A DNA stretch of 64,000 nucleotides from Macrostomum lignano (Eukaryota), in assembly GCA_002269645.1 (NCBI GenBank), contig NIVC01000928.1, forward strand, positions 186,001-250,000. Reading direction: 5' to 3'. This document shows positions 1 to 17,179 of the stretch, piece by piece. The notes beneath the pieces are model-generated. The model had not been told where the DNA came from, did not search any database, and saw nothing but the letters and a program-made list of their open reading frames with translations. Within the stretch, counting starts at the first letter, position 1; the number at the start of each line of letters is the position of its first letter. The position numbers and the translations under genes are program-made.

Positions 1-300
1 AGATGCAGTGTGTGAGATGATTGAGATTAGATGCAATGTGGGAGATGATTGAGATTAGATGCAGTGTGTGAGATGATTGAGATTAGATGCAGTGTGTGAG
101 ATGATTGAGATTAGATGCAGTGTGTGAGATGATTGAGATTAGATGCAGTGTGGGAGATGATTGAGATTAGATGCAGTGTGTGAGATGATTGAGATTAGAT
201 GCAGTGTGTGAGATGATTGAGATTAGATGCAGTGTGTGAGATGATTGAGATTAGATGCAGTGTGGGAGATGATTGAGATTAGATGCAGTGTGGGAGATGA
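1..300. repeat. 28-bp tandem repeat (AGATGCAGTGTGTGAGATGATTGAGATT)n, truncated by the window start
   Basis: About 10 near-identical units read directly. Confidence 0.95.
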
Positions 301-613
301 TGTAGATGTGCAAGAAAAGCGTGACCAGCAGGAGCGGAACGAATCTCATTGGCTAAGAGCTGCACAGCCAATGGGAAGGCCGCCCACGTAATTGACGGCG
401 TTGCTACTTATTTTTGACAAAGTCAAGCAATGTGGGGTTGAACCAGTTCAAAGAGAAGTCTGTCCTGCACTGCAACACAGGAGCGGCTATTTCTAAGAAT
501 CGCCTAACAGTGGGATAATTATCCCCACATCAAATGCCAGTGGATCTGATAGTGCCTGGGCGAACTTCTATCGCCAAATAAGCTATCTCTGCTAGTTCAA
601 GTATATTAAAAGC

Positions 614-6717
<6,104 letters not shown>

Positions 6718-6779
6718 GGGACTGGCTGGAGTGCCGAGCCGAGGGTCCGCCTGACTCACCTTTTTGAGCTTGTTGACCC

Positions 6780-7690
6780 GGATGCTAAGGGATGTTGACC
6801 CAGTTACTGAGGTGATGTTGACCCAGTTATTGAGGGATTTTTTACCCAGATATTGAGGGGATGTTGACCCAGTTATTGAGGGGATGTTGACCCAGTTATT
6901 GAGGGGATGTTGACCCAGTTATTGAGGGGATGTTGACCCAGTTATTGAGGGGATGTTGACCCAGATATTGAGGGGATGTTGACCCAGTTATTTAGAGGAT
7001 GTTGGCCCAGATATTGAGGGGATGTTGACCCAGTTATTGAGGGGATGTTTATCCAGATGCTGGGGGGATTTTGACCCAGATATTCAGAGAATGTTGACCC
7101 AGATATTCAGAGGATTTTGACCCAGTTATTGAGGGGATGTTGACCCAGTTATTGAGGGGATATTGACCCAGTTATTGAGAGGATGTTTATCCAGATGCTC
7201 AGGGGATTTTGACCCAGATATTCAGAGGATGTTGACCCAGTTATTGAGGGGATTTTTTACCCAGTTATTGAGGAGATGTTGACCCAGTTATTGACGGGAT
7301 GTTGACCCAGTTATTGAGGGGATGTTGACCCAGTTATTGAGGGATTTTTTACCCAGATATTGAGGGGATGTTGACCCAGTTATTGAGGAGATGTTGACCC
7401 AGTTATTGAGGAGATGTTGACCCAGTTATTGACGGGATGCTGACCCAGATATTGAGGGGATGTTGACCGAGTTATTGAGGGGATGCTGACCCAGTTATTG
7501 AGGGGATGTTTATCCAGTTGTTAAGGAGGTATTGACCCAGATATCGAAGGGATGTTGATCCAGTAATTGAGGAGGTATTGACCCAGATATCGAAGGGATG
7601 TTGATCCAGTAATTGAGGAGGTATTGACCCAGATATCGAGGGGATGTTGATCCAGTTATTGAGGAGGTATTGACCCAGATGTTAAGGGGA
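6780..7690. repeat. 23-bp minisatellite (GTTGACCCAGTTATTGAGGGGAT)n downstream of the Wnt stop
   Basis: Direct reading. Confidence 0.95.
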
Positions 7691-8404
7691 TGTTGCAAGG
7701 GTTTCAACCTTGGTATCCAGACACTGGAGAGGCCTCATCCTAGTCTCGAGGGGAAATGCCCTGCACGTCATGCAGAGTCGCAAGGTTTCGAGCAGTCAGT
7801 CGGCCCCGCCTCTCACCAGCTCATCTCCGAACTCGTATTATTGACATTTTCCTCAAAATCTGTGCACCGAACTTCGAATGCTGCAAAATTTTTATTAATA
7901 TTTTATTTTTCTGCTTCGCACCTGATCGACAATATTCGAACCGAAATTGCCTCTGATCGATTCAGCATCTGAGCTACCTCGAGAGCAAAGGTGGTTATTA
8001 ACTTCTACATGAGATCACCCGCTAAACCCCAGCAACTGTGTACATTTGCCTCAGTGAGTGGACTTGTAATCGCTTATATCGAATCAGACTCTGCAAAGCT
8101 TCTGTACTGTACGGCTCTGTACATCCTGGAACTTGCTTTGCACTTTTAGCCCCCCCCCCCCTGATCGTCTGTCTATACCAGTAATTCAGTAAAATTGCTT
8201 GTTGAATTTGTCTGTCGCTGTCTCTGTCAAGCTGGGCTCTTGTGGGCACGCTTTGCCAACAGGCCCAACAATTGGCATTGATCTGTACTGCTGTTGGAAA
8301 TACACCCGGAAAGTAAAGTCAACTTTCGAGTTTTTGCCTGCAAACTGTCATCGACTCCGGGTCTGCTCGCGATGGATCTGACCTTGTCTTCCTTGTTATG
8401 ACCT

Positions 8405-8870
8405 TTGGGGCGACCCCTGCACACCCCATGGCACCTCTGTACACCCCATAGCACCCCTGCACACCCCATGGTTGCACCCCTGCACACCCCATGGTTGCAC
8501 CCTGCACACCCCATGTCGCTCCTGCACACCCCATGGCGACCCCTGCACACCCCATGGCGACCCCTGCACACCCCATGGCACCTCTGTACACCCCATAGCA
8601 CCCCTGCACACCTCATGGTTGTACCCTGCACACCTCATGGTTGCACCCTGCACACCTCATGGTTGTACCCTGCACACCCCCTGCACACTCCATGGCGCCC
8701 CCTGCACACCCCCTGCACACTCCATGGCGCCCCCTGCACACCCCCTGCACACTCCATGGCGCCCCCTGCACACCCCATAGCGCCCCCTGCACACCCCCTG
8801 CACACTCCATGGCGCCCCCTGCACACCCCCTGCACACTCCATGGCGCCCTTAGCCCACCCCATGGCGCCC
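8405..8870. repeat. ~20-bp C-rich minisatellite (CACCCCATGGCGCCCCTGCA-like)
   Basis: Direct reading. Explains the overlapping ORFs at 8227-8947. Confidence 0.92.
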
Positions 8871-9193
8871 CTGCCCAACTTCTTTAGCCTCTCCAGTTTA
8901 GATTTTCCGCATATTTTGTTGTAAAAGATATCAATAACCGTATGCACTACTAATTATAGAAGTAGTGAAAAGACTTTCAAGTACATACAGAATAACGAGG
9001 ATCTAAGGCACATCAGATCGAACTGTCTATGGTAAACTCTGATAAAAAATGCTGTAGCTGCTAAAGTACTCTTATTTTCTATGAGGGACTGACGGATCAA
9101 AATAATTTTTCTCAGGGAATTGCAGCGCTTGAATAAATGGCAGTGAAGCCTGACTGATTGACAGGTCAACGACCTGATTAAAGCTGTAAAGGC

Positions 9194-12100
9194 ATGCGGA
9201 GAAGCTGCGACCAAATTCTGATAATTGTCGCACTAATAATTTGTAAGTCTCTATACATGTAAATGATCATTTGCTTTGCCCTTTAATTTAATAAGGGTAA
9301 TAACACTAGTACACTGCTGTGCACCCTGTGTGAGCGCTGACTGCGTTTCAACTGCCGTAACAAACCAACAATTTCGTTGGTCTCCAAATTGATGCTCGCA
9401 GACACATCGCCGCAGGTGGCATCCGGGCTGCTGTGCCGCAACCACTCCGAAGGCTTCCTGTTCAGCAACCTGGCTGCTCAGAGACAGCACGCCAAGCCGA
9501 CCTCCGTGAACTGCAAGTCGGTGAAAGCTGGAGGCGGCTCGGTAGCTTGCTTTGAGCTTGCGAGGCGTCAGGGATCGGGACCCATGGTGAGCTCAGCTAA
9601 AACTGTATCTAGCTCAGCTAAAACTGTATCTAGCTCAGCTAAAACTGTATCTAGTAGCTCAGCTAAAACTGTATCTAGTAGCTTAGCTAAACCTGTATCT
9701 AGCTCAGCTAAAACTGTATCTAGCTCAGCTAAAACTGTATCTAGATCAGCTAAAACTGTATCTAGCTCAGCTAAAACTGTATCTAGCTCAGCTAAAACTG
9801 TAACTAGCTCAGCTAAAACTGTAACTAGCTCAGCTAAAATTGTATCTAGTAGCTCAGCTAAAACTGTAACTAGCTCAGCTAAAACTTTATCTAGCTCAGC
9901 TAAAATTGTAACTAGCTCAGCTAAAACTGTATCTAGTAGCTCAGCTAAAACTGTATCTAGTAGCTCAGCTAAAACTGTATCTAGTAGCTCAGCTAAAACT
10001 GTAACTAGCTCAGCTAAAACTGTATCTAGTAGCTCAGCTAAAACTGTATCTAGTAGCTCAGCTAAAACTGTATCTAGCTCAGCTAAAATTGTAACTAGCT
10101 CAGCTAAAACTGTATCTAGTAGCTCAGCTAAAACTGTATCTAGCTCAGCTAAAACTGTATCTAGATCAGCTAAAACTGTATCTAGTAGCTCAGCTAAAAC
10201 TGTATCTAGCTCAGCTAAAACTGTAACTAGCTCAGCTTTTAGCTCAGCTAAAACTGTATCTAGCTCAGCTAAAACTGTATCTAGATCAGCTAAAACTGTA
10301 TCTAGTAGCTCAGCTAAAACTGTATCTAGCTCAGCTAAAACTGTAACTAGCTCAGCTTTTAGCTCAGCTAAAACTGTATCTAGTAGCTCAGCTAAAATTG
10401 TATCTAGTAGCTCAGCTAAAACTGTATCTAGTAGCTCAGCTAAAACTGTATCTAGTAGCTCAGCTAAAACTGTAACTAGCTCAGCTAAAACTGTATCTAG
10501 TAGCTCAGCTAAAACTGTATCTAGCTCAGCTAAAACTGTATCTAGCTCAGCTAAAACTGTATCTAGCTCAGCTAAAACTGTAACTAGCTCAGCTAAAACT
10601 GTATCAGGCTCAGCTAAAACTGTATCTAGCTCAGCTAAAACTGTATCAGGCTCAGCTAAAACTGTATCTAGTAGCTCAGCTAAAACTGAATCTAATAGCT
10701 CAGCTAAAACTGAATCTAATAGCTCAGCTAAAACTGTATCTAGCTCAGCTAAAACTGTATCTAGCTCAGCTAAAACTGTAACTAGCTCAGCTAAAACTGT
10801 ATCAGGCTCAGCTAAAACTGTATCTAGCTCAGCTAAAACTGTAACTAGCTCAGCTAAAACTGAATCTAATAGCTCAGCTAAAACTGTATCTAGCTCAGCT
10901 AAAACTGTATCTAGCTCAGCTAAAACTGTATCTAGTAGCTCAGCTAAAACTGTATCTAGCTCAGCTAAAACTGTATCTAGCTCAGCTAAAACTGTATCTA
11001 GCTCAGCTAAAACTGTATCTAGCTCAGCTAAAACTGTAACTAATAGCTCAGCTAAAACTGTATCTAGCTCAGCTAAAACTGTAACTAATAGCTCAGCTAA
11101 AACTGTATCTAGCTCAGCTAAACTTAACAATTACTTGTTTAACCAGTTCTACAAAGCCGGCTGCAGCTCGGGCTGTCCCAAGCGCGGCAACGCCACGATC
11201 TGCCGGCTGTGCCACACGGACCTCTGCAACACCGCCATCGCAGATGAGGTTCGCAAGAACAACCTGGTCTGCTACACCGGCCCGTTTATAAAAGGCGCCA
11301 TGACTTTGAAAAGGCGCAGGAAAATTTACTGCTCAGACGATGAGAAGAATTGCTACACTCTTCGATGGATTACCGATGTGAGTCCCGGTCTGGGGTGTCA
11401 GGCATTTCATACCCTGGGGTGTCAGGCATTCCATACTCTGGGTGTCAGGCATTCCATACTCTGGGGTGTCAGGCATTCCATTTTCTGGGGTGTCAGGCAT
11501 TCCATTTTATGGGATGTCAGGCATTCCATACTCTGGGGTGTCAGGCATTCCATACTCTGGGGTGTCAGGCATTCCATTTTCTGGGGTGTCAGGCATTCCA
11601 TACTCTGGGGTGTCAGGCATTCCATACTCTGGGGTGTCAGGCATTTCATATTCTGGGGTGTCAGGCAGTCCATACTCTGGGGTGTCAGGCATTCCATACT
11701 CTGGGTGTCAGGCATTCCATACTCTGGGGTGTCAGGCATTCCATACTCTGGGTGTCAGGCATTCCATACTCTGGGGTGTCAGGCACTCCATTTTCTGGGG
11801 TGTCAGGCATTCCATACTCTGGGGTGTCAGGCATTCCATTTTCTGGGGTGTCAGGCATTCCATACTCTGTGGTGTCAGGCATTCCATACTCTGGGGTGTC
11901 AGGCATTCCATATTCTGGGGTGTCAGGCATTCCATTTTCTGGGGTGTCAGGCATTCCATACTCTGGGGTGTCAGGCATTTCATATTCTGGGGTGTCAGGC
12001 ATTCCATATTCTGGGGTGTCAGGCATTCCATACTCTGGGGTGTCAGGCACTCCATACTCTGGGTGTCAGGCATTCCATATTCTGGGGTGTCAGGCATTCC

Positions 12101-12965
12101 ATACTCTGGGGTGTCAGGCATTCCATATTCTGGGGTGTCAGGCATTCCATACCCTGGGGTGTCAGGCATTCCATACCCTGGGGTGTCAGGCATTCCATAC
12201 TCTGAGGTGTCAGGCATTCCATATTGTCAGGTAATAGTTGTGCACACATGGAAATGTACTCAGGCACATATTGAAGCCTAGTGGTTAGAGCGTCAGACTA
12301 GCAACTGAAAGGTCGGGGGTTCGATTCTCGGTCCACTCGGAACGATTTGTGTCCTGAAGCAAGACATTTAATATTGCATTGCTTCAGTTCACCCAGCCGT
12401 AAAATAGGTGGTTATTGAGGGTGTGCATAGCGACCCCCCAGTCCTTGACTGAACAGCCGTACGGGGTGTACAGCGGCCCCCGACTTTATCATCCAGTTGA
12501 GCCTCTTGGGCTTGAATCGCACACGACAAACCCCCGGGGGTTTCTCGTAGGCTCGATTCGGACGAGTTACCGCTGAGCCCCTCTGCCTGCCCCTCCATCA
12601 ACTGGTCGTCCAGGGAGGGCCTGGGGTTCGATTCTAGTTACGCTCGTATCTCAACGTTCCCAGTCAAGGTCCGGCAATTAAAGTACTATCAACATCACTC
12701 CCGACATTCGCAGAAACTACGCGCCCCGAAGTACTTCGGAGGCTGCGGCCACCAGCCCTGTCCACCAAAGAAGAAGGGCGTCGCCTGCAGGCTGACGAAC
12801 TGCACGAAGAGCCTCTGCAACGCGCCGCCGGCAAAGCGGCGCAAATCTTGCCCAGCAACCGGCTGCAACGGAGCGGACAGGTTTCTAGGAAATTCCGTCT
12901 GGGCGGCGCCAAGGATTCTGGCTGCGGTCCTGCTGGGGCGACTGGCAGGTGCCATCTTTGCTTAG
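9194..12965 (+). CDS. Secreted/GPI-anchored protein with two Ly6/uPAR (three-finger) domains; exons 9194-9242, 9402-9586, 11147-11377, 12714-12965
   Basis: Signal peptide MRRSCDQILIIVALIIYTSPQVASG. Two 8-Cys domains ending CHTDLCN and CTKSLCN. Hydrophobic C-terminal tail (RILAAVLLGRLAGAIFA*). Splice phases 1,0,0 match. Confidence 0.85.
9590..11120. repeat. 21/24-bp minisatellite (AGCTCAGCTAAAACTGTATCT[AGT])n filling Ly6 intron 2
   Basis: Direct reading. Source of the SSAKTV and LAELDTV ORFs. Confidence 0.97.
11390..12230. repeat. 23/24-bp minisatellite (GGGGTGTCAGGCATTCCATACTCT)n in Ly6 intron 3
   Basis: Direct reading. Confidence 0.96.
12270..12660 (+). mobile_element. tRNA-derived SINE, copy 1
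   Basis: A-box-like TAGTGGTTAGAGC and B-box GGTTCGATTC, then a body (GTGTCCTGAAGCAAGACA..CATTGCTTCAGTTCACCCAG..GTAAAAT) resembling CORE/Meta-type SINE central domains. A second copy lies at ~39770-39995. The 3' limit is uncertain. Confidence 0.8.
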
Positions 12966-14115
12966 TTACTCCACTAAAATTTCTAAATGTTTAAAACCTG
13001 GTCCTTCTTGCGTTTTTTAAATTCACCGAGCATTTCTTTAATAAATACATGTAAACTAAAAAGCTCAACTTCAATTTCCAAGTGTTGTTGGGGTCATGGG
13101 GGTCGTGATCCCCTCCAGACTAGAGGCCGGATGACTTGGAAGTTTAAAATCATCTAGTAGGGGCACTGAAGCTATACATAATAAAAGTGCACATTTCAGT
13201 GCCCCTTTACATTGATCTTGGCCTTTTAATTTTAAAATGCATTATGGACGACCTGTCACTTGTTACTTGTTATGCAACCAGTCCACTGCGCTTTCTTGCC
13301 ATAGATCTTATATTCCCTAGATAGGCCACTTAGCTTAGGGACATAGACGCTATTTTTTGAGAATTTAATAGACCTTCTCGTGAATTATATCAAAAGCTAC
13401 TCAATCAAACTAAGAATGACGCGTGCACTGCAGATACTACTGACGAAATTGAGTTCAAGTAGTTAATTTTCGCGCTGTCGCGAGTTGCAAAATTTTTCAC
13501 AGTGGCTTCTATGGCCACATAAAGTGGTTAATGAGTGGCCTATCTTGTGTATATATGATCATTGTAATTATACTTTTACCCAGACGCAATGAAACAATAT
13601 TTTGGCCATTATTCCACAGTTTTGATGTGTACCATAGACATTTGGATTGAAAAAATCCATCGCTCAGTATTTTTGTTAATAAATACATAACAGCAAGGAG
13701 TAAATGATCAAAAAGGAAAAAATCATTAAAACTAAAGTACCAGCTACACGAAGAGTTCATAATAAATGTCACAGCTAGAGCAGGTCATCAGTTTGTAGTC
13801 GAAATTTGACAATGTAAAAATCAATTTGTCACCCAAAGTGAAACATGCAGTTCTCAAAGCCGCAGTTTCCAAAGATGCTCGACACTTTAGCCTGATGATT
13901 TGGCACTGCAAAAGGAGTTTAACTATTTTGAATGTTTTCTATAAAAGAGAAATACAGGTGCTCAAGTATAGTTGCCGAACTTACCATTTGAAAGATGCAC
14001 GTCTTGGTTGGCTTGCGACTGATGAGCTTCGTCTGATGAGCTTCTTTGGTACCGCAGTATCCAAGCTGGGATTCTTTGGGACTGTCGGTTGCTCGACTGA
14101 ATCGATTGGCCGCTT

Positions 14116-14363
14116 TCAGGCATCGTTTATAGCCGTCGAGGCGTTGAAGACTGCATGGTCGCGTTTTCTTCCTAGGTAGCGCCGCACGGTTCGTTCAGTC
14201 GTCGACAGGAAGATTTTTCCAATTAATAAGCGCGGCTGTTTGACGAGATGCACTATAGCCATAGTTGTTTGACAAGACAAATAGCTTTTTCTCCCACTAC
14301 TCGCTTTCCTGATTTCTTGCAAGACTCAAGCAAAATCAGCACTCATCACAGTGTTGTCTATGG
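14116..14363 (-). mobile_element. Degenerate Crypton-like tyrosine-recombinase remnant 2
   Basis: GTTGTCTATGG site 95 bp from an ATG (14262). Broken frames give INWKNLPVDD and ERTVRRYL, paralogous to remnant 1. Confidence 0.5.
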
Positions 14364-14640
14364 TCAATCTAAGCCACACAACTCAGTCGTCTATGGGTAA
14401 AACAACTCTTAAAACAGCCAATTGAAGCATGATAAAAAGTGTAAAATAATGACAGCGACAAAAGTGTGGAATAATGGCCGCAAAATTGTAGAATAATGAC
14501 TGGGCGCTGAGTGAAAGTATGAATACAATGGACACCTATTTTTAGAACAAAACAGCAAACACCAACAACAAAAGATTAGCGCTATGGAAAGTTAATTGTG
14601 CAGTATCAATATGGCGCAATTGTCATAGTGCCGAAGACCA

Positions 14641-15222
14641 TTACAGATTGCAATTGTTGAAAGTGCAGTTGTTCATAATAAAGATATTCCGACCGTTCAT
14701 CTGACGACCATCAGACACGCTCACTGCTTCTTGCACGATGGAACTTTGGATGCTGATGTCAGCAGGCATTGTTACTTGACCGTGGGTCGCGGCGCTTTGT
14801 CCCATGTTCAACGCACGCGACACTGCATCGCTGCATTGTTGCAGGGACTTGTCCCGTTTAACTGCCACTGCCAGGTAGCGCCGGACCGTGCTCTCGGACT
14901 TTTGACCCGTGATAGCCATGATCTCGCTCATCGAATGCCCAGCCGATTCCAGGTCTCAAGAAAGTGCAAGAAGTTCAAAAAGTCTTCGTTATCCTTCATG
15001 TCCTTCTGAGATGTGGAAAGTCTTGAGATCCAATTGAGTTCGCTGCTAGATACGTTGGCTAAACTTTCGACAGGCAGATTGCCCCAGTTGATCGGATATG
15101 ACGTCTGGTTCTCCATGGCCAAGCGAATGTAGCTATTTACGTTTTATTCTCTCTTTCTCTCCACATCTCCTTCCTTTCCACCCTCTTAACCCCCAGCCTG
15201 TTTGCAACTTCGTTGTCTATGG
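14641..15222 (-). mobile_element. Internally deleted Crypton-like tyrosine-recombinase remnant 1
   Basis: ATG 15116: MENQTSYPINWGNLPVES..RLGI, frameshift near 14930, then MSEIMAITGQKSESTVRRYL (YR box II, usually ITGH..S...Y) and a C-terminal NNCTFNNC typical of Crypton/DUF3504 proteins. GTTGTCTATGG site 100 bp upstream of the ATG. Confidence 0.65.
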
Positions 15223-15688
15223 CCCAAAATCCAGTAAACCACCTCAGTCTTTATGTCTCTCTCTCCTCGGTAACCCCTCTCTCCTTTCGATGCCCTTTTT
15301 GTCTATGGCCCCACTGAAATTCGACAATGCGGTTATTCGTAAGTGAGACTCATGAGCGCACTCATGAGCATAGGACTATTATCCTAAAGTCTCACTTACG
15401 AATAACCAACCATTATCCCGAGTTTGAAATCATTATCCTGAAGTTTAAGTGAAAAAATAAATAAAAGTGCTCATGGTTTAACTATAGACGATTGCATTAT
15501 CCTAAAGGCTGATTTTTGACAATGCACTTGTATAGTATGCAACTGAGTTGAATAATGGCCAAAACTCGAGTGCGCGTAGCTACGCCAAAACTCGAGTGCG
15601 CGTAGCGCACGAGTGTCTATGGCCATTATTCAACTCAGTTGCACACTATACAATCTACCATTGTCTTGTGCCAACTCTAACCAAAAGT

Positions 15689-15890
15689 GCGCGCTTATGC
15701 AAGTGCGACTTCATGACACTGCGCGCTTATGCAAGTACGACTTCATGACACAGCGCGCTTATGCAAGTACGACTTCATGACACTGCGCGCTTATGCAAGT
15801 GCGACTTCATGACACTGCGCGCTTATGCAAGTGCGAGCTCGTGACACTGCGCGCTTATGCAAGTACGACTTCATGACACTGCGCGCTTAT
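15689..15890. repeat. 32-bp tandem repeat (GCGCGCTTATGCAAGTACGACTTCATGACACT), ~6 copies
   Basis: Units start at 15689, 15721, 15753 and so on. Confidence 0.95.
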
Positions 15891-15973
15891 CCAAGGTTAA
15901 TCTTTGTGAAACGGAGGACTAGTGGACTTGTGGACTATAATATTCGAGGCGAACCCCGCTTCGAGTAGTTAAG

Positions 15974-16215
15974 CCATAGATTCTATATTCTCTATATAGA
16001 TGGCCATACTGAGCGAATACTGTGCAAAGTCGTAGAATCCAACGCAGCAATGAAAAACATCCGCGACATCAAAAACTTTTCATGTCTGATTTCGCTTATT
16101 CAACTTTAAGCCCAAAGACAGCTGTGCAGAAAATAACGTCTGTGTCCCAAAAAACTACTGAAAAGTAATTCCTTCGCGTCGTAGTCGCCTTCTAGAGAAT
16201 ATATAGGATCTATGG
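15974..16215. mobile_element. 242-bp MITE-like element with imperfect TIRs beginning CCATAGAT
   Basis: Left end CCATAGATTCTATATTCTCTA; reverse complement of right end CCATAGATCCTATATATTCTCTA. A similar end occurs at 13299 (CCATAGATCTTATATTCCCTA). Confidence 0.75.
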
Positions 16216-17179
16216 GTTGAACCGCCTGGAAATACATTACCGTGGAAAAAGATGCGAAAGTACAACAAGCAGAAATTTATTCTATTTTAATAGGTTGGAG
16301 TTTTAAATATTGTTGTCTTTATATATTTATGACGAGTAATACGAGTCGTACTTTGGAAGTTTTAATGCAATAATAAACAGGTAGTTTCATCATAGTGAAT
16401 TTATATAGTAAACATAAATCGGTAAATGTATTTTTGGTCGTTGAAATACATAAAAATGTATGATTTGTACTTTTGAGTATGATTATACTGCGTACTTAGT
16501 TGCTACGTAAATGGGTACACGTATCCTGCTAAAAGCTGATCCCTTTAGCCGAAGTACAAGCCATTACCTTTTTAGCTGAATTACTTTATTAACTAAATTA
16601 ATAAATTTGTGATTTACGACGTGATAAAATATTATTATAAGTACTTGTCGTAAGACACACGCGCAGAATTTTGAAACTCCAAGAAAGTAAAAATGAGTAT
16701 CGTTTTATCCTACGCAACTTCGACTCATAGAGACAACTGAGCTGGATACCGGCAGTAAGGAACGCATGTCTCGTATTTTGTCGTCTTTAGAGAATGGCAT
16801 AGTGCTGAATTGGGTTTCGCCATAGACAAGTTTGATTCAATCAAGGACCACTCAAGTAGGACCGGAAACTACGTTTCTTGGAACGCTTTAGGCGGCAGTT
16901 TTTGCCGCAGTTTTTACCCTTTTTGTTACACCAGTCATTAAACAAAGAATGATAAAATTATTAACGTAGAAATGTAGTTTCCAGTCCTTCTACTTAAGTA
17001 GTCCTTGGTTTGGTCGAGAAAAATCTGCGCTAGAAGAATCCAATTGCCTGAGAGCATAGAAATTTATGAGAGCCTAATATACGTAACATTCCTAACGACC
17101 CCAGCTCATTTCTAAGAACATCCTGTGTGACGTGACGTCCTTCTACTTCAGTTTTCCATGCTTCAGCCATGCTGCGATG

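Noticed and set aside
447-453. TCF/LEF site (TTCAAAG) and CCAAT boxes upstream of Wnt
   Set aside because: A single 7-mer is expected by chance, and there is no independent support.
9377-12281. 942-aa, 520-aa and other long ORFs as real single-exon proteins
   Set aside because: They run through minisatellite introns bounded by good GT/AG sites. The spliced Ly6 model explains the unique segments.
12270-12345. Functional tRNA gene
   Set aside because: A and B boxes are present, but the acceptor and anticodon stems do not pair, and it continues into a body shared with a second copy, so it is a SINE head.
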